A DNA stretch of 63,852 bases from a virus (IMGVR_UViG_3300030389_002358:1-63852), one strand, 5' to 3'. Shown: positions 48,537 to 57,719, counted from the first letter of the stretch. The notes: generated by a model from the sequence alone, not told the origin. A program made the numbers and translations.

Positions 48537-48745
48537 AAATTGAAATATTACAAAAAACGTTTGAAATAAGAGCAGAGCTATCTGATCTTCATTGGCACTG
48601 GGATAGTTTAATTAAACTAGAACAGTCATTTGTTGATGAAGAAGAATACGAAAAAGCTCAAATAGCTTTAATGCAAAGAGGTACTCTACACAGACGTATA
48701 GCAAAATTAGAAAAACAACTTAAAAAATATGAAGACACACTTTAA
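48527..48745 (+). CDS. Small coiled-coil protein (UVR-like motif)
   Basis: FVDEEEYEKAQI; the TTG start is uncertain. Confidence 0.5.
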   Translation: MDNKIEILQKTFEIRAELSDLHWHWDSLIKLEQSFVDEEEYEKAQIALMQRGTLHRRIAKLEKQLKKYEDTL

Positions 48746-49595
48746 ACCTATGCTAGCGCATAAATTCGATAACGATCGAGTTGACTGGTCTCAACCGGTT
48801 TACATACAACCTAAACTCGATGGCATCAGATGTATCATGACTTCTGATGGCTGTTACTCTCGTAATGGTAAAAAATTCATGAATGTACAACACTTATACA
48901 CAAAAGCTATAAAAGATTTATTTAAAGTAAATCCACTGCTTGTGCTCGATGGCGAGTTATATAATCACGATCTAAGAGATAATTTTGAAAAGATAGTATC
49001 TCTTGTCAGAAAACAAAAACCAACGTCAGATGACAGAAAAGAAGCACGTAATTTAATACAATACCATGTGTATGATTTTGTTATGGCATACAAAGGCAGG
49101 CTAGACTTAATAGAGTCTGATATGAACAGGTATGAAAAACGTATGCATCAACTAGTATGCAGCGATATGTACGGTAAACATATAAGATATGTACACGCGC
49201 AAAGAGTTGCAAACTTTCATACAGCTAAAAAGTTACATATTAAATACAAGTCACAAGGTTACGAAGGCTCGATATTAAGGCTTAACGGCCCTTATAAATG
49301 CGGTAGATCATACGATCTAATGAAGTTTAAAGACTTCAGCGATACCGAAGCTAAAATTGTTGACTGGGTTGAAGGTAAAGGCAAAAGGCGCGGTACTATT
49401 GGCAAATTTATTGCCATTGATAGTAGTGGTGTAAAGTTTGGTATGCCGGTTATGGATAATTTTAATTATCTACAAAGAAATTTTAATGAAATGAAAAGTT
49501 ATGTAGGTAAAATTGCTACCTTTACATACTTTGAAAAAACAAAAGCGGGTTCATACAGGCACCCGTTATTTAAATGTATAAGAAATTATGAATGA
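48729..49595 (+). CDS. lig: ATP-dependent DNA ligase
   Basis: Adenylation motif QPKLDGIRC, VLDGELY, YHVYD, GYEGSILR, LMKFK and C-terminal RHP. Confidence 0.95.
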   Translation: MKTHFKPMLAHKFDNDRVDWSQPVYIQPKLDGIRCIMTSDGCYSRNGKKFMNVQHLYTKAIKDLFKVNPLLVLDGELYNHDLRDNFEKIVSLVRKQKPTSDDRKEARNLIQYHVYDFVMAYKGRLDLIESDMNRYEKRMHQLVCSDMYGKHIRYVHAQRVANFHTAKKLHIKYKSQGYEGSILRLNGPYKCGRSYDLMKFKDFSDTEAKIVDWVEGKGKRRGTIGKFIAIDSSGVKFGMPVMDNFNYLQRNFNEMKSYVGKIATFTYFEKTKAGSYRHPLFKCIRNYE

Positions 49596-49616
49596 TGAAT
49601 TAATAAGAGAAACATT

Positions 49617-49817
49617 ATGAATAGAATAAAAACAATATTAATAATATATTATCCTATAATATTATCATTTATATCTTTTCTATATTCTGTTGGGCTATGG
49701 TTTAGCGGTCAACAGTTAGAAGGTATATTTGTAGGTATATGGGTACCGTCTATACTATGTTTTGCAATATGTATAAGACAAAGAAGAAACGACTGGTTTA
49801 AACAATTTATAAGATGA
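49617..49817 (+). CDS. Small 2-TM membrane protein
   Basis: Two hydrophobic helices; EGIFVGIWVPSIL. Confidence 0.7.
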   Translation: MNRIKTILIIYYPIILSFISFLYSVGLWFSGQQLEGIFVGIWVPSILCFAICIRQRRNDWFKQFIR

Positions 49818-50116
49818 CACCTGACGTTCCAGTACCGTTTAGCATGTTTGTGATAGGTTTTATCATATTCGTGTTATACATTGTAGGTTTTGTAGCTATG
49901 ATATTATCAGCTTCTAAAAAACAACAAGAAATATTAGAAAATGATCCAGAGCTACAAGCTTACTATAAATCATTACAGCAAGACTCAGATTTTACTAGTT
50001 ACGCTAATGAAAATATACACAGGAAATTTAATCCACACGCACCTGAAAATAAATATTATTTAAATAAAATTAAAGGTGGTAAGAAAAACGTTGGTAAAAA
50101 AATGTTTTGGGATTAA
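49814..50116 (+). CDS. Single-TM membrane protein
   Basis: N-terminal hydrophobic helix MFVIGFIIFVLYIVGFVAMI. Confidence 0.65.
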   Translation: MTPDVPVPFSMFVIGFIIFVLYIVGFVAMILSASKKQQEILENDPELQAYYKSLQQDSDFTSYANENIHRKFNPHAPENKYYLNKIKGGKKNVGKKMFWD

Positions 50117-50129
50117 CTAAATTTTAAAT

Positions 50130-50477
50130 ATGAATATATTAAAAATAATAATAGTTACAGCAACTATATATCATGCTACGCCAGAACAAACGGATAGCAC
50201 TCCGTATATAACCGCTAGCAATAAATTTATTGATATGTGTGATCCACAGAAACATAGATGGATAGCGGTATCAAGAGATTTAGAGAAAAAAGGCTTAGTA
50301 TTTGGCGTAAAAGTCAAAATCACAGGAGCTGGTCATCTTGATGGTATATGGACTGTACAAGATCGAATGAATAGAAGATGGACTAATCGTATTGACTTTT
50401 TAGTCAATAAAGATTTAAAAGGTGGTAAATGGGAAAATGTCAAAGTTGAAATAATCAACTATGACAAAAGGTTATAA
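50130..50477 (+). CDS. 3D-domain (MltA-like double-psi barrel) protein
   Basis: VTATIY...QTDSTPYITAS, IAVSRDL, GVKV and VQDRMN...RIDFL. Confidence 0.75.
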   Translation: MNILKIIIVTATIYHATPEQTDSTPYITASNKFIDMCDPQKHRWIAVSRDLEKKGLVFGVKVKITGAGHLDGIWTVQDRMNRRWTNRIDFLVNKDLKGGKWENVKVEIINYDKRL

Positions 50478-50505
50478 ATATTATATAGTAACAAGCTAAT
50501 GTCAC
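50461..50505 (+). promoter_or_regulatory. 45-bp element with inverted ends, copy B, overlapping the start of the HTH gene
   Basis: ATGACAAAAGGTTATAAATATTATATAGTAACAAGCTAATGTCAC; contains ATG 50499. Confidence 0.7.
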
Positions 50506-51104
50506 ATGATAGAAATATAAAGTGGTTAAATGATAGGTACATTGTGTACAGGAGAGATCCTGTAAATGATATACCTACTATTGAAACCGAACAATATAAA
50601 TATTACAAAGATGGTACATATGAGTGTTATCACTTGTTTAATAGCAAGGCTAAAATAACTACATACAAATCATTGAAGTGGCATATGCTTGTGTTATATT
50701 ATCTTAATAAATACATCGAACTAAAACATGTTTTTAGATTTATAGCCAACAAAGAAAATGGTTTTGTTACCTTCTTCATTAAACAGCGATTATTAGATGA
50801 AATGATAGAAGATGTATTAAAACAGGGTGGTGATCCACCCTCAAACAAGCTACGTAAAGTAGTATTTAAACCGTACTCTGGGTTAGACCTGAGTAGTAAG
50901 TTAAAAATTGTAGGTAAATTAATAGGTAGATCAAGCATAGATAAAGAGATGATATATCAAGCTATGTTAAACTTAAATCACTGGGGTAAAAAAATTACTA
51001 TCAGTGGTATTGCTACTTTACTTAATTGCTGTACAAGAACTATTTATCGTCACATGTGTGATGAATTAAAACAAGAAAAACAAATATTAAATGAAGAAGT
51101 ATAA
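50499..51104 (+). CDS. DNA-binding protein with C-terminal HTH (regulator or replication initiator)
   Basis: KITISGIATLLNCCTRTIYRH helix-turn-helix. Confidence 0.7.
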   Translation: MSHDRNIKWLNDRYIVYRRDPVNDIPTIETEQYKYYKDGTYECYHLFNSKAKITTYKSLKWHMLVLYYLNKYIELKHVFRFIANKENGFVTFFIKQRLLDEMIEDVLKQGGDPPSNKLRKVVFKPYSGLDLSSKLKIVGKLIGRSSIDKEMIYQAMLNLNHWGKKITISGIATLLNCCTRTIYRHMCDELKQEKQILNEEV

Positions 51105-51858
51105 TTTAGAAAATTATATTCGATATAAAGAAGATGTAAAAGATAAGATTAGTAGATTGCCAACAGTGACAAATGGTGATTATACTAAACTAACAGATGA
51201 AGAGTTAATTATTATGTTTTTACCTTTAGTAGAAAACGTAGCAAGAAAATTTTCAACAAGTCAACAAGCTTCAGGTGTAATGACTATACTTGATTTAATA
51301 CAAGAAGGCAATGCTGGTTTAGTATTAGCTGTAAGTAAACTTGAAAGACAAATGTTAGCTGAATCTGAAGATCAAGAAAAAACTTTAAAATCATTTTTAT
51401 CTAAACGTATTAAAGGTGCTATACGTAGGGCAGTTGATATTAATAGAGGTAACATGAGAATACCAGAGCACAAACTTAATGAAATACGTAAGAACTTTGG
51501 TAAAAACAGAAAAATGGTTGAAATGTTTTTTAATAGTATATTTTTAAGTATCGATGAAAAACCAAATCAAGACGAGAATTATGCTTATCAAATACCTGAT
51601 AAGTCAGAACCTTATAATGCTAATTTACTTAATATGTATTTAAAAGGTTTGCTTAAAAAACACCTCAATAATAAAGAGTATGAAGTGTTAAGATTAAGCT
51701 ATGGTCTTGATTGTGAGAAGCATAATGCAGTTGACATAGCATCTAAAATAGGTGTAAGTGGCACAAGTGCTTATGTTAGAATATCACAGCTAAAAAAGCA
51801 AGCAGTTCAAAAGTTAATTAACAATGTTGATTACACGCAAGTGCTTGATTATCTGTGA
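51091..51858 (+). CDS. Sigma-70 family RNA polymerase sigma factor
   Basis: Region 2 LPLVENVARKF...DLIQEGNAGL...IKGAIRRA...MRIP; region 4 EVLRLSYGL...DIASKIGVS...RISQLKKQAVQKL. Confidence 0.9.
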   Translation: MKKYNLENYIRYKEDVKDKISRLPTVTNGDYTKLTDEELIIMFLPLVENVARKFSTSQQASGVMTILDLIQEGNAGLVLAVSKLERQMLAESEDQEKTLKSFLSKRIKGAIRRAVDINRGNMRIPEHKLNEIRKNFGKNRKMVEMFFNSIFLSIDEKPNQDENYAYQIPDKSEPYNANLLNMYLKGLLKKHLNNKEYEVLRLSYGLDCEKHNAVDIASKIGVSGTSAYVRISQLKKQAVQKLINNVDYTQVLDYL

Positions 51859-51880
51859 GTTATGTGGTCAAATATTTATG

Positions 51881-51908
51881 TAAATGGTGATCACTAATGT
51901 GTAATTAT
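51881..51908 (+). promoter_or_regulatory. Candidate class-2 promoter TAAA-N16-GTAATTA heading the replication operon
   Basis: Intergenic just after the sigma gene; resembles three other operon-head elements. Confidence 0.45.
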
Positions 51909-51933
51909 AAATAAGACAATTTAATTTTATAAT

Positions 51934-52458
51934 ATGACTTTACAACAAAAACTGGCTCAAATACAAACTGAGCTCAAGGCTAAAAAGAGTAGATTTAACT
52001 CTTTTGGAAAGTATTATTTCAGGTCAGCTGAAGATATACTTGAATCGATAAAGCCTTTCTTACTAAAGTACAATGTTACTGTTACGGTAGACGAGAAGTT
52101 CATAGGAACTGACGTGCCTGACGGTGTTCCTGTACTAAAATCAACAGCTACATTACACGACGAAAAAGGTATGACGTTATCAACGTCTGCTATAGTCGGC
52201 GTAGACTTAATGCAAAAGGGTATGCAAACTCCACAACAATTTGGTAGTGCGTCCTCTTATGGTAAGAAATATGCTTTAGGTAATTTATTTTTAATAGATG
52301 ATACTCAAGACAGCGATGCTACTAATACGCACGGTAAAGACAAACTACAAGACATAGAAAAAGCTGTTAGTTATGTTAAAGCCGGCGGTAAAATAGACGC
52401 TATAAAAAAGAAGTATCAACTAACGCCTCAACAAGAGGAAGCACTAAAAACAGTGTAA
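51934..52458 (+). CDS. erf: ERF-family single-strand annealing protein
   Basis: FGKYYFRSAEDILE and QQFGSASSYGKKYAL..LFLIDD..DSDA. Confidence 0.9.
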   Translation: MTLQQKLAQIQTELKAKKSRFNSFGKYYFRSAEDILESIKPFLLKYNVTVTVDEKFIGTDVPDGVPVLKSTATLHDEKGMTLSTSAIVGVDLMQKGMQTPQQFGSASSYGKKYALGNLFLIDDTQDSDATNTHGKDKLQDIEKAVSYVKAGGKIDAIKKKYQLTPQQEEALKTV

Positions 52459-53190
52459 ATGAAAAAAGAAAATATCATTGCAAAGTTGAGAGATGATACC
52501 CATTATTATGGAGACTTTGGTAAAAAGTTTTTAAGTAATTCAGATATAATGACGTTGTTAAAAAACCCATTAGCTTTTGGATTACCAAGTAAACCAACAC
52601 CTGCTTTTTTAGTTGGTAGTTATTTTCATACTGCAATACTGGAACCTGATAAACTTAAAAAGTTTAAAATAATTCCATCAACAACTAGAAATACTAAGGT
52701 GTATAAAGAAATGTCAGGTGGTGAATTATGTTTACTACAACATGAAGTTGATCACATAGAGGTTATGACAGAAAAAATGATGAGCAATAAAGTTTGCCGT
52801 GGATTAATAAACAGCAGCAACATAGAGTACGAAGTACCAGGTGTTAGTAAGCTATTTAAATTCACGTGGAAGGGTAAGGCTGACATAATAAATCATGATG
52901 ATAAATTAGTTGTAGATATTAAAACAACAGCTGATATTAATAAATTTAAAAGCTCAGCTTATCGTTATAATTACGATAGCCAAGCTTTCATATATCGAAA
53001 ATTGTTTGGGTACGATATGATATTTATAGTGATAGATAAAAGTACACATCAGTTAGGTATATTTGATTGTTCAGACACATTTTACGAGTCTGGTCAAGAT
53101 AAAGTTTTAAGAGCAGAAGAAGCTTATGATCTGTTCTTTAAAACTAAGGATTTTAATCCAAAACAATATTTCATAAGCAAAACACTTTAA
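52459..53190 (+). CDS. PD-(D/E)XK exonuclease (RecE C-terminal-like)
   Basis: LSNS, GSYFHTAILEP, WKGKADI, VVDIKTT and YNYDSQAFIY. Confidence 0.85.
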   Translation: MKKENIIAKLRDDTHYYGDFGKKFLSNSDIMTLLKNPLAFGLPSKPTPAFLVGSYFHTAILEPDKLKKFKIIPSTTRNTKVYKEMSGGELCLLQHEVDHIEVMTEKMMSNKVCRGLINSSNIEYEVPGVSKLFKFTWKGKADIINHDDKLVVDIKTTADINKFKSSAYRYNYDSQAFIYRKLFGYDMIFIVIDKSTHQLGIFDCSDTFYESGQDKVLRAEEAYDLFFKTKDFNPKQYFISKTL

Positions 53191-53199
53191 TTTAATATT

Positions 53200-53367
53200 A
53201 TGGCAAGAACAAGAAAAAGAACATGCGATGTAACTGGCATGACTACAAGCGTTAACAACTTTTATACTAATCAAAGTCACGTTAAAGCTGTAGATAATTT
53301 AAGAAGGCTTACTGGTGCTACAAAGCAGCAGATGTCAAGGATGTTTAACCAAATAGCAACATATTAA
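53200..53367 (+). CDS. Small protein (55 aa)
   Basis: MARTRKRTCDVTGMTT...; fills the gap and has an AT-rich leader. Confidence 0.65.
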   Translation: MARTRKRTCDVTGMTTSVNNFYTNQSHVKAVDNLRRLTGATKQQMSRMFNQIATY

Positions 53368-53369
53368 TT

Positions 53370-53684
53370 ATGGCAAGTATAATAGCAACAAGTATTAACT
53401 TATCAGAAATACCTAAAGATAAAATAATTGAAGGTAAAAAAGGTAAGTATTTACCAATTACTATTACACTAAATGATGAGGTAGATCAGTTTGGCAATCA
53501 AGGTCCTGTTTGTGTACAGCAAACTAAAGACGAAAGAGATGCTAAGACTGCTAAAACTTATTTAGGTAATGTTAAAGTAGTGTGGACCAATGACAACAAC
53601 GTTGGCGTTGCTCCAAAACAAGAACAAATGGCGCAAGCGACACCAGCTGCAGCAGCTTCGTCGCCAGATGATTTACCGTTTTAA
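53370..53684 (+). CDS. Single-stranded DNA-binding protein-like
   Basis: C-terminal DDLPF tail; lies between exonuclease and primase genes. Confidence 0.75.
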   Translation: MASIIATSINLSEIPKDKIIEGKKGKYLPITITLNDEVDQFGNQGPVCVQQTKDERDAKTAKTYLGNVKVVWTNDNNVGVAPKQEQMAQATPAAAASSPDDLPF

Positions 53685-53693
53685 ATATTATAG

Positions 53694-55424
53694 ATGCAAG
53701 TAGAAAACACAGAGATCAATGGTTTTAAGATTAACGAGTTTAATCAATATCATCTTGCAGTGGGTAAGACACAGGGGATTTGTCCTCTGTGTTCTCACGA
53801 CAGGAAACCTGAGAACCGTAAGAAGAAATGTGCTTCTTATGACTGGGAACGTGGTCTCGGTACTTGCCACAACTGTAATTCAACTTTTCAACTACACACT
53901 TACGAACGTAAGGGAGCTAGCGATCGTGAATACGTTCGACCAAGTTTTTCTACAAAAACTCACAAAGCTCCTAGTAGTAAAGTTATAAAATGGTTTAAGT
54001 CAAGAGGAATATCTCAGGATACTTTAGAAGATTTAAATGTTTCTGAAGGTCCTGAGTTTATGCCTCAAACTGGCAAGCAAGAGAACACGATAAAGTTTAA
54101 TTACTTTATGGGTAATAAACTTGTTAATGTTAAATATAGAGACGGTGCTAAAAACTTTAAATTATATAAAGGCGCCGAAAAAATATTTTACAATATAAAC
54201 AGTATCGTTAATCATCAAACTTGTGTTATAGTAGAAGGTGAAATAGATGCCCTGTCTTTACATGAAGCAGGTGTAAGAAATGTTGTATCTGTTCCAAACG
54301 GTGCTACGCTAAATCACAATAACTTAGATTATCTAGACAATTGTATAGATTATTTTGAAGATAAAGAAAAAATAATATTAGCTGTTGACGCTGATGAACC
54401 TGGCACTATGTTAAAACAAGAGTTTATACGTAGGTTAGGAGCTGAAAACTGTTATTTAGTAGATTTTAACGACTGTAAAGATGCTAATGATTACTTAGTA
54501 AAATACGGTGCTAAAGAGTTAAGGTCAATTATAAACAGTGCTCAACAAGTACCATTAGAAAATGTAACAACACTTAAAAATGTAGAAAATGATTTAAAAG
54601 ATTTTGTTAAGCACGGTTTTAAACCTGGCTTTCAAGTTGGCTTAGAAAACTTTGATGATATATTTAGTACCTATACAGGTCAGTTTATAACTGTAACAGG
54701 TATACCATCATCAGGCAAATCAGACTTTGTAGATCAAATGGTCGTAGGTTATAATAAAATGTATGGCTGGAAGACAGCATTCGCAAGCCCTGAAAATCAA
54801 CCTATATATTTACATGCACATAAACTTATGCGTAAATGTTGGGGCGATATGCCTTCACCTGGTGATATAGGTGGCAGCACTTGGAAAAAAGTTTCAAACC
54901 ATGTTAACGATAATTTTTATTTCATAGACATGGATAAGTATAGTTTAGAGTCTGTATTACGTAAAGGCGCTGAGCTAGTTAAACGTAAAGGTATCAAGTG
55001 TTTAGTCATTGATCCTTACAATAAAATAAGAGACGCGAACGCAGTGTCAGATGATGTTAATAGATATACTATGGACTACTTATCAAAGATAGAGCAGTTC
55101 TGTAAAAAGTATGATGTCTTAACATTTATAGTAGCACATCCGACAAAAATGATGCGTGATCAAAACGGTAAAATACAAGAGCCCACAATGTATAATATAA
55201 AAGGTGGTGGTGAGTGGTATGATGCAAGTTATCATGGGTTATTAGTACATAGAGATTATGAGGCTAAAAATACTAAAGTAAAAGTATTAAAAGTTAAGTT
55301 TCAAAATCTAGGTGAAAACGGTGCTGAATCGTTTTTTACTTGGGAGCCTAAATCAGGTTCTTTTGTACCGCAAGTTAATGTATTAGATAAAGAAAAAAAT
55401 GACAGCGGCCTTCCATGGGAGTAA
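53694..55424 (+). CDS. Primase-helicase (T7 gp4/Twinkle-like)
   Basis: Zn finger CPLC...CHNC; TOPRIM IVEGEIDALS and DADEPG; Walker A GIPSSGKS; VIDPYN and VAHP. Confidence 0.95.
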   Translation: MQVENTEINGFKINEFNQYHLAVGKTQGICPLCSHDRKPENRKKKCASYDWERGLGTCHNCNSTFQLHTYERKGASDREYVRPSFSTKTHKAPSSKVIKWFKSRGISQDTLEDLNVSEGPEFMPQTGKQENTIKFNYFMGNKLVNVKYRDGAKNFKLYKGAEKIFYNINSIVNHQTCVIVEGEIDALSLHEAGVRNVVSVPNGATLNHNNLDYLDNCIDYFEDKEKIILAVDADEPGTMLKQEFIRRLGAENCYLVDFNDCKDANDYLVKYGAKELRSIINSAQQVPLENVTTLKNVENDLKDFVKHGFKPGFQVGLENFDDIFSTYTGQFITVTGIPSSGKSDFVDQMVVGYNKMYGWKTAFASPENQPIYLHAHKLMRKCWGDMPSPGDIGGSTWKKVSNHVNDNFYFIDMDKYSLESVLRKGAELVKRKGIKCLVIDPYNKIRDANAVSDDVNRYTMDYLSKIEQFCKKYDVLTFIVAHPTKMMRDQNGKIQEPTMYNIKGGGEWYDASYHGLLVHRDYEAKNTKVKVLKVKFQNLGENGAESFFTWEPKSGSFVPQVNVLDKEKNDSGLPWE

Positions 55425-55431
55425 ATACTCA

Positions 55432-55671
55432 ATGGGTAAATATAATAGAAACAAACAGGAAGATGAAGCTAGGCTATGGTGTATGGAAAACGATATATGT
55501 ATAACACCTAGGCAGCTTAAGTGGGGTGAAAAAGTTTGGGTTGTTGATATAGAAAAAGGAAAATATCCTAATCGTAAACTGTTAGGTACTTCTGATCCAT
55601 ATGGACCAAATACAATATGGGAAAAGGTATCAGAGTATCAACTATATTACTATAAAAAATATGCGAAATAA
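55432..55671 (+). CDS. Hypothetical protein
   Basis: Start refined to MGKYNRNK; coupled to the next gene. Confidence 0.6.
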   Translation: MGKYNRNKQEDEARLWCMENDICITPRQLKWGEKVWVVDIEKGKYPNRKLLGTSDPYGPNTIWEKVSEYQLYYYKKYAK

Positions 55672-56302
55672 TTTTTACAATGCAAATGAAGCTTTTAATT
55701 ATCTTTGGCACTACATACAAAAACAAGGTGTAGACTTTGATAATACTAAGGCTATATTTAATTGTGGTTTCACGTTGCAAGCACCGGTAGAAAACCACAT
55801 AACAAATAAACTACGTGATTGGAAACATGATTACGCTGAAGCTGAATGGCAATGGTACTTATCAGGCGATCCTAGTATAGATAAGCTAGGTAAAATATAT
55901 GGTAAGATACCTCCAATATGGGAACGTATGGCTGATGCAAAACGAGAAGTACGATCTAATTATGGTTGGCAGTGGAACAGAGAAGATCAGTTAGATCAGG
56001 TTATTCAAAAATTAAAAGATAAACCTGACACACGTCACGCTGTAGTTAGTATTTATGATGGCAAAGAAATAGACAGATATAGATATGACACGCCATGTAC
56101 TTACGCGGTTCAATTCACGTTAATAAATAATAAACTTTGTATGTCTGTTTACATGCGATCTAATGATCTCTGGTACGGCTTTTGTAACGATCAATACTGT
56201 TTTAGTATGTTGCAAAAATTAGTTGCAGAGAGATTGTCTATTGATGTCGGGTGGTATTATCATCATGCACATAACATGCATATTTATAACGACAAATTAT
56301 GA
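55661..56302 (+). CDS. Thymidylate-synthase-family enzyme, probably dCMP hydroxymethylase/methylase type
   Basis: Catalytic PC; MRSNDLWYGFCND with Asp at the ThyA Asn177 position; HIY; start refined to MRNNFY. Confidence 0.75.
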   Translation: MRNNFYNANEAFNYLWHYIQKQGVDFDNTKAIFNCGFTLQAPVENHITNKLRDWKHDYAEAEWQWYLSGDPSIDKLGKIYGKIPPIWERMADAKREVRSNYGWQWNREDQLDQVIQKLKDKPDTRHAVVSIYDGKEIDRYRYDTPCTYAVQFTLINNKLCMSVYMRSNDLWYGFCNDQYCFSMLQKLVAERLSIDVGWYYHHAHNMHIYNDKL

Positions 56303-57072
56303 AGTATTTTATTTATCATATTCCTGGTAAAAAAATTGGTGTTACCTGTGACCTTAATAACCGGGTCACGTTACAACAAGGTTATTCACCTAATGAATAT
56401 GAAGTATTAGAAAGCTCTGAAGATTTAGATTATATATCTGAAAGAGAATTAAAATTACAGAAACAATATGGTTACCGTGTAGATATGGTACCGTATAAAA
56501 AACTTAAATCAAAAACAACTATGAATTTAAATGTAACAGAACAAACAACTACCTTTCCTTGTCCTGTAGATAAACTAAAAGGTAGATTATTTGATATTAT
56601 AGGTCACTCATGGTCAACTGATCATGGTGATTTTACAATAGATCAAGACTCAATAAAGTGGATAATAGATAATGTTAAAATGTCTATGTATAATACTGAA
56701 AGATCATACGTATATAATAAAGCTTTTGCGGTTTGGCGAGATAACAAGTCAACTGTTAAGTGTTCAAAAAGACCTCTTAAAATGTTTTCAAACATTAGAA
56801 GTTGGGCAGAAGAAAGAGGTATATATACAAAGGGTGATTCAAAAACTCAATTAATTAAATTACAAGAGGAGATGGGTGAGTTAGCTAAAGCTATACTAGA
56901 AAACGATAAGCCAGAAGTTATAGATGCTATTGGTGATATGGTTGTGGTGTTAACTAACTTAGCACATTTGAATAACGTACATATTGAAAGCTGTATAGCT
57001 GAAGCATACAACGTTATAAGCAAGAGAAAAGGTAAAATGATTAATGGAACATTTGTTAAAGATGAAGGTTAA
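56299..57072 (+). CDS. Fusion of an N-terminal GIY-YIG-like domain and a C-terminal MazG-like NTP pyrophosphohydrolase
   Basis: FIYHIPGKKIGVTCDLNNR...ERE at the N-terminus; KLQEEMGELA...DAIGDMVVVL...KRKGKMINGTFVKD at the C-terminus. Confidence 0.75.
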   Translation: MKYFIYHIPGKKIGVTCDLNNRVTLQQGYSPNEYEVLESSEDLDYISERELKLQKQYGYRVDMVPYKKLKSKTTMNLNVTEQTTTFPCPVDKLKGRLFDIIGHSWSTDHGDFTIDQDSIKWIIDNVKMSMYNTERSYVYNKAFAVWRDNKSTVKCSKRPLKMFSNIRSWAEERGIYTKGDSKTQLIKLQEEMGELAKAILENDKPEVIDAIGDMVVVLTNLAHLNNVHIESCIAEAYNVISKRKGKMINGTFVKDEG

Positions 57073-57286
57073 TACACAAGACAAAATAGTACAAGCTGTT
57101 ATAGCTAAAATGGATAAACGTAGTTTAGTTGGTCAACAAAAGTACGGGCAAACAATGCATAACGAAATAACAACTAATAAAAAAAATCTATATGATTTTT
57201 TAGTTGATGTTCAAGAAGAAATAATGGATGCGTTGTTATACATTGAAGCTGCAAAAACATGTATAGATAATGAGACGAAAGATTAG
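57062..57286 (+). CDS. Small all-alpha NTP-pyrophosphatase-like protein
   Basis: RS..GQQKYG...QEEIMDALLY; start refined to 57062. Confidence 0.55.
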   Translation: MKVNTQDKIVQAVIAKMDKRSLVGQQKYGQTMHNEITTNKKNLYDFLVDVQEEIMDALLYIEAAKTCIDNETKD

Positions 57287-57719
57287 AAGAAAACGTGGTC
57301 CTGTTGTAAGTAAAAAAATTACTTACGACGGTATCAAGTTTGCTTCAGGTTTAGAAAAATATATGTATGCTTTGTTAAAGAAAAACAAGATAACAACAGC
57401 TTATGAAGGTACTACATATACTATATTTCCTAGCTTTGATTTTAAAAAAGAAAGCTTTGAGAGATGTGCTAATGGCAAGGGTGAGTTTAAAAACAGGGGT
57501 AACAAAAAAGTTTTAGCAATAACTTATACGCCTGATTTTATAGGACCTGGCTATATAATTGAGTGTAAAGGTAGAGCTAACGAAAGTTTTCCTTTACGGT
57601 GGAAGATGTTTAAGAATTATGTTGAGCAACATTTATGCGCAACATTATATAAACCGCAAAATCAAAAAGAATGCGAAGAAGTAATAACATTAATAAAACA
57701 AAGGAAGAAAAACAATTAG
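57270..57719 (+). CDS. PD-(D/E)XK endonuclease, T7 endonuclease I-like resolvase
   Basis: YDGIKFASGLE, YTPDF and IIECKG. Confidence 0.8.
   Translation: MRRKIRRKRGPVVSKKITYDGIKFASGLEKYMYALLKKNKITTAYEGTTYTIFPSFDFKKESFERCANGKGEFKNRGNKKVLAITYTPDFIGPGYIIECKGRANESFPLRWKMFKNYVEQHLCATLYKPQNQKECEEVITLIKQRKKNN

Noticed and set aside
55661-56302. Assigning the symbol thyA
   Set aside because: The specificity residue is Asp rather than Asn, so dTMP synthesis cannot be assumed.
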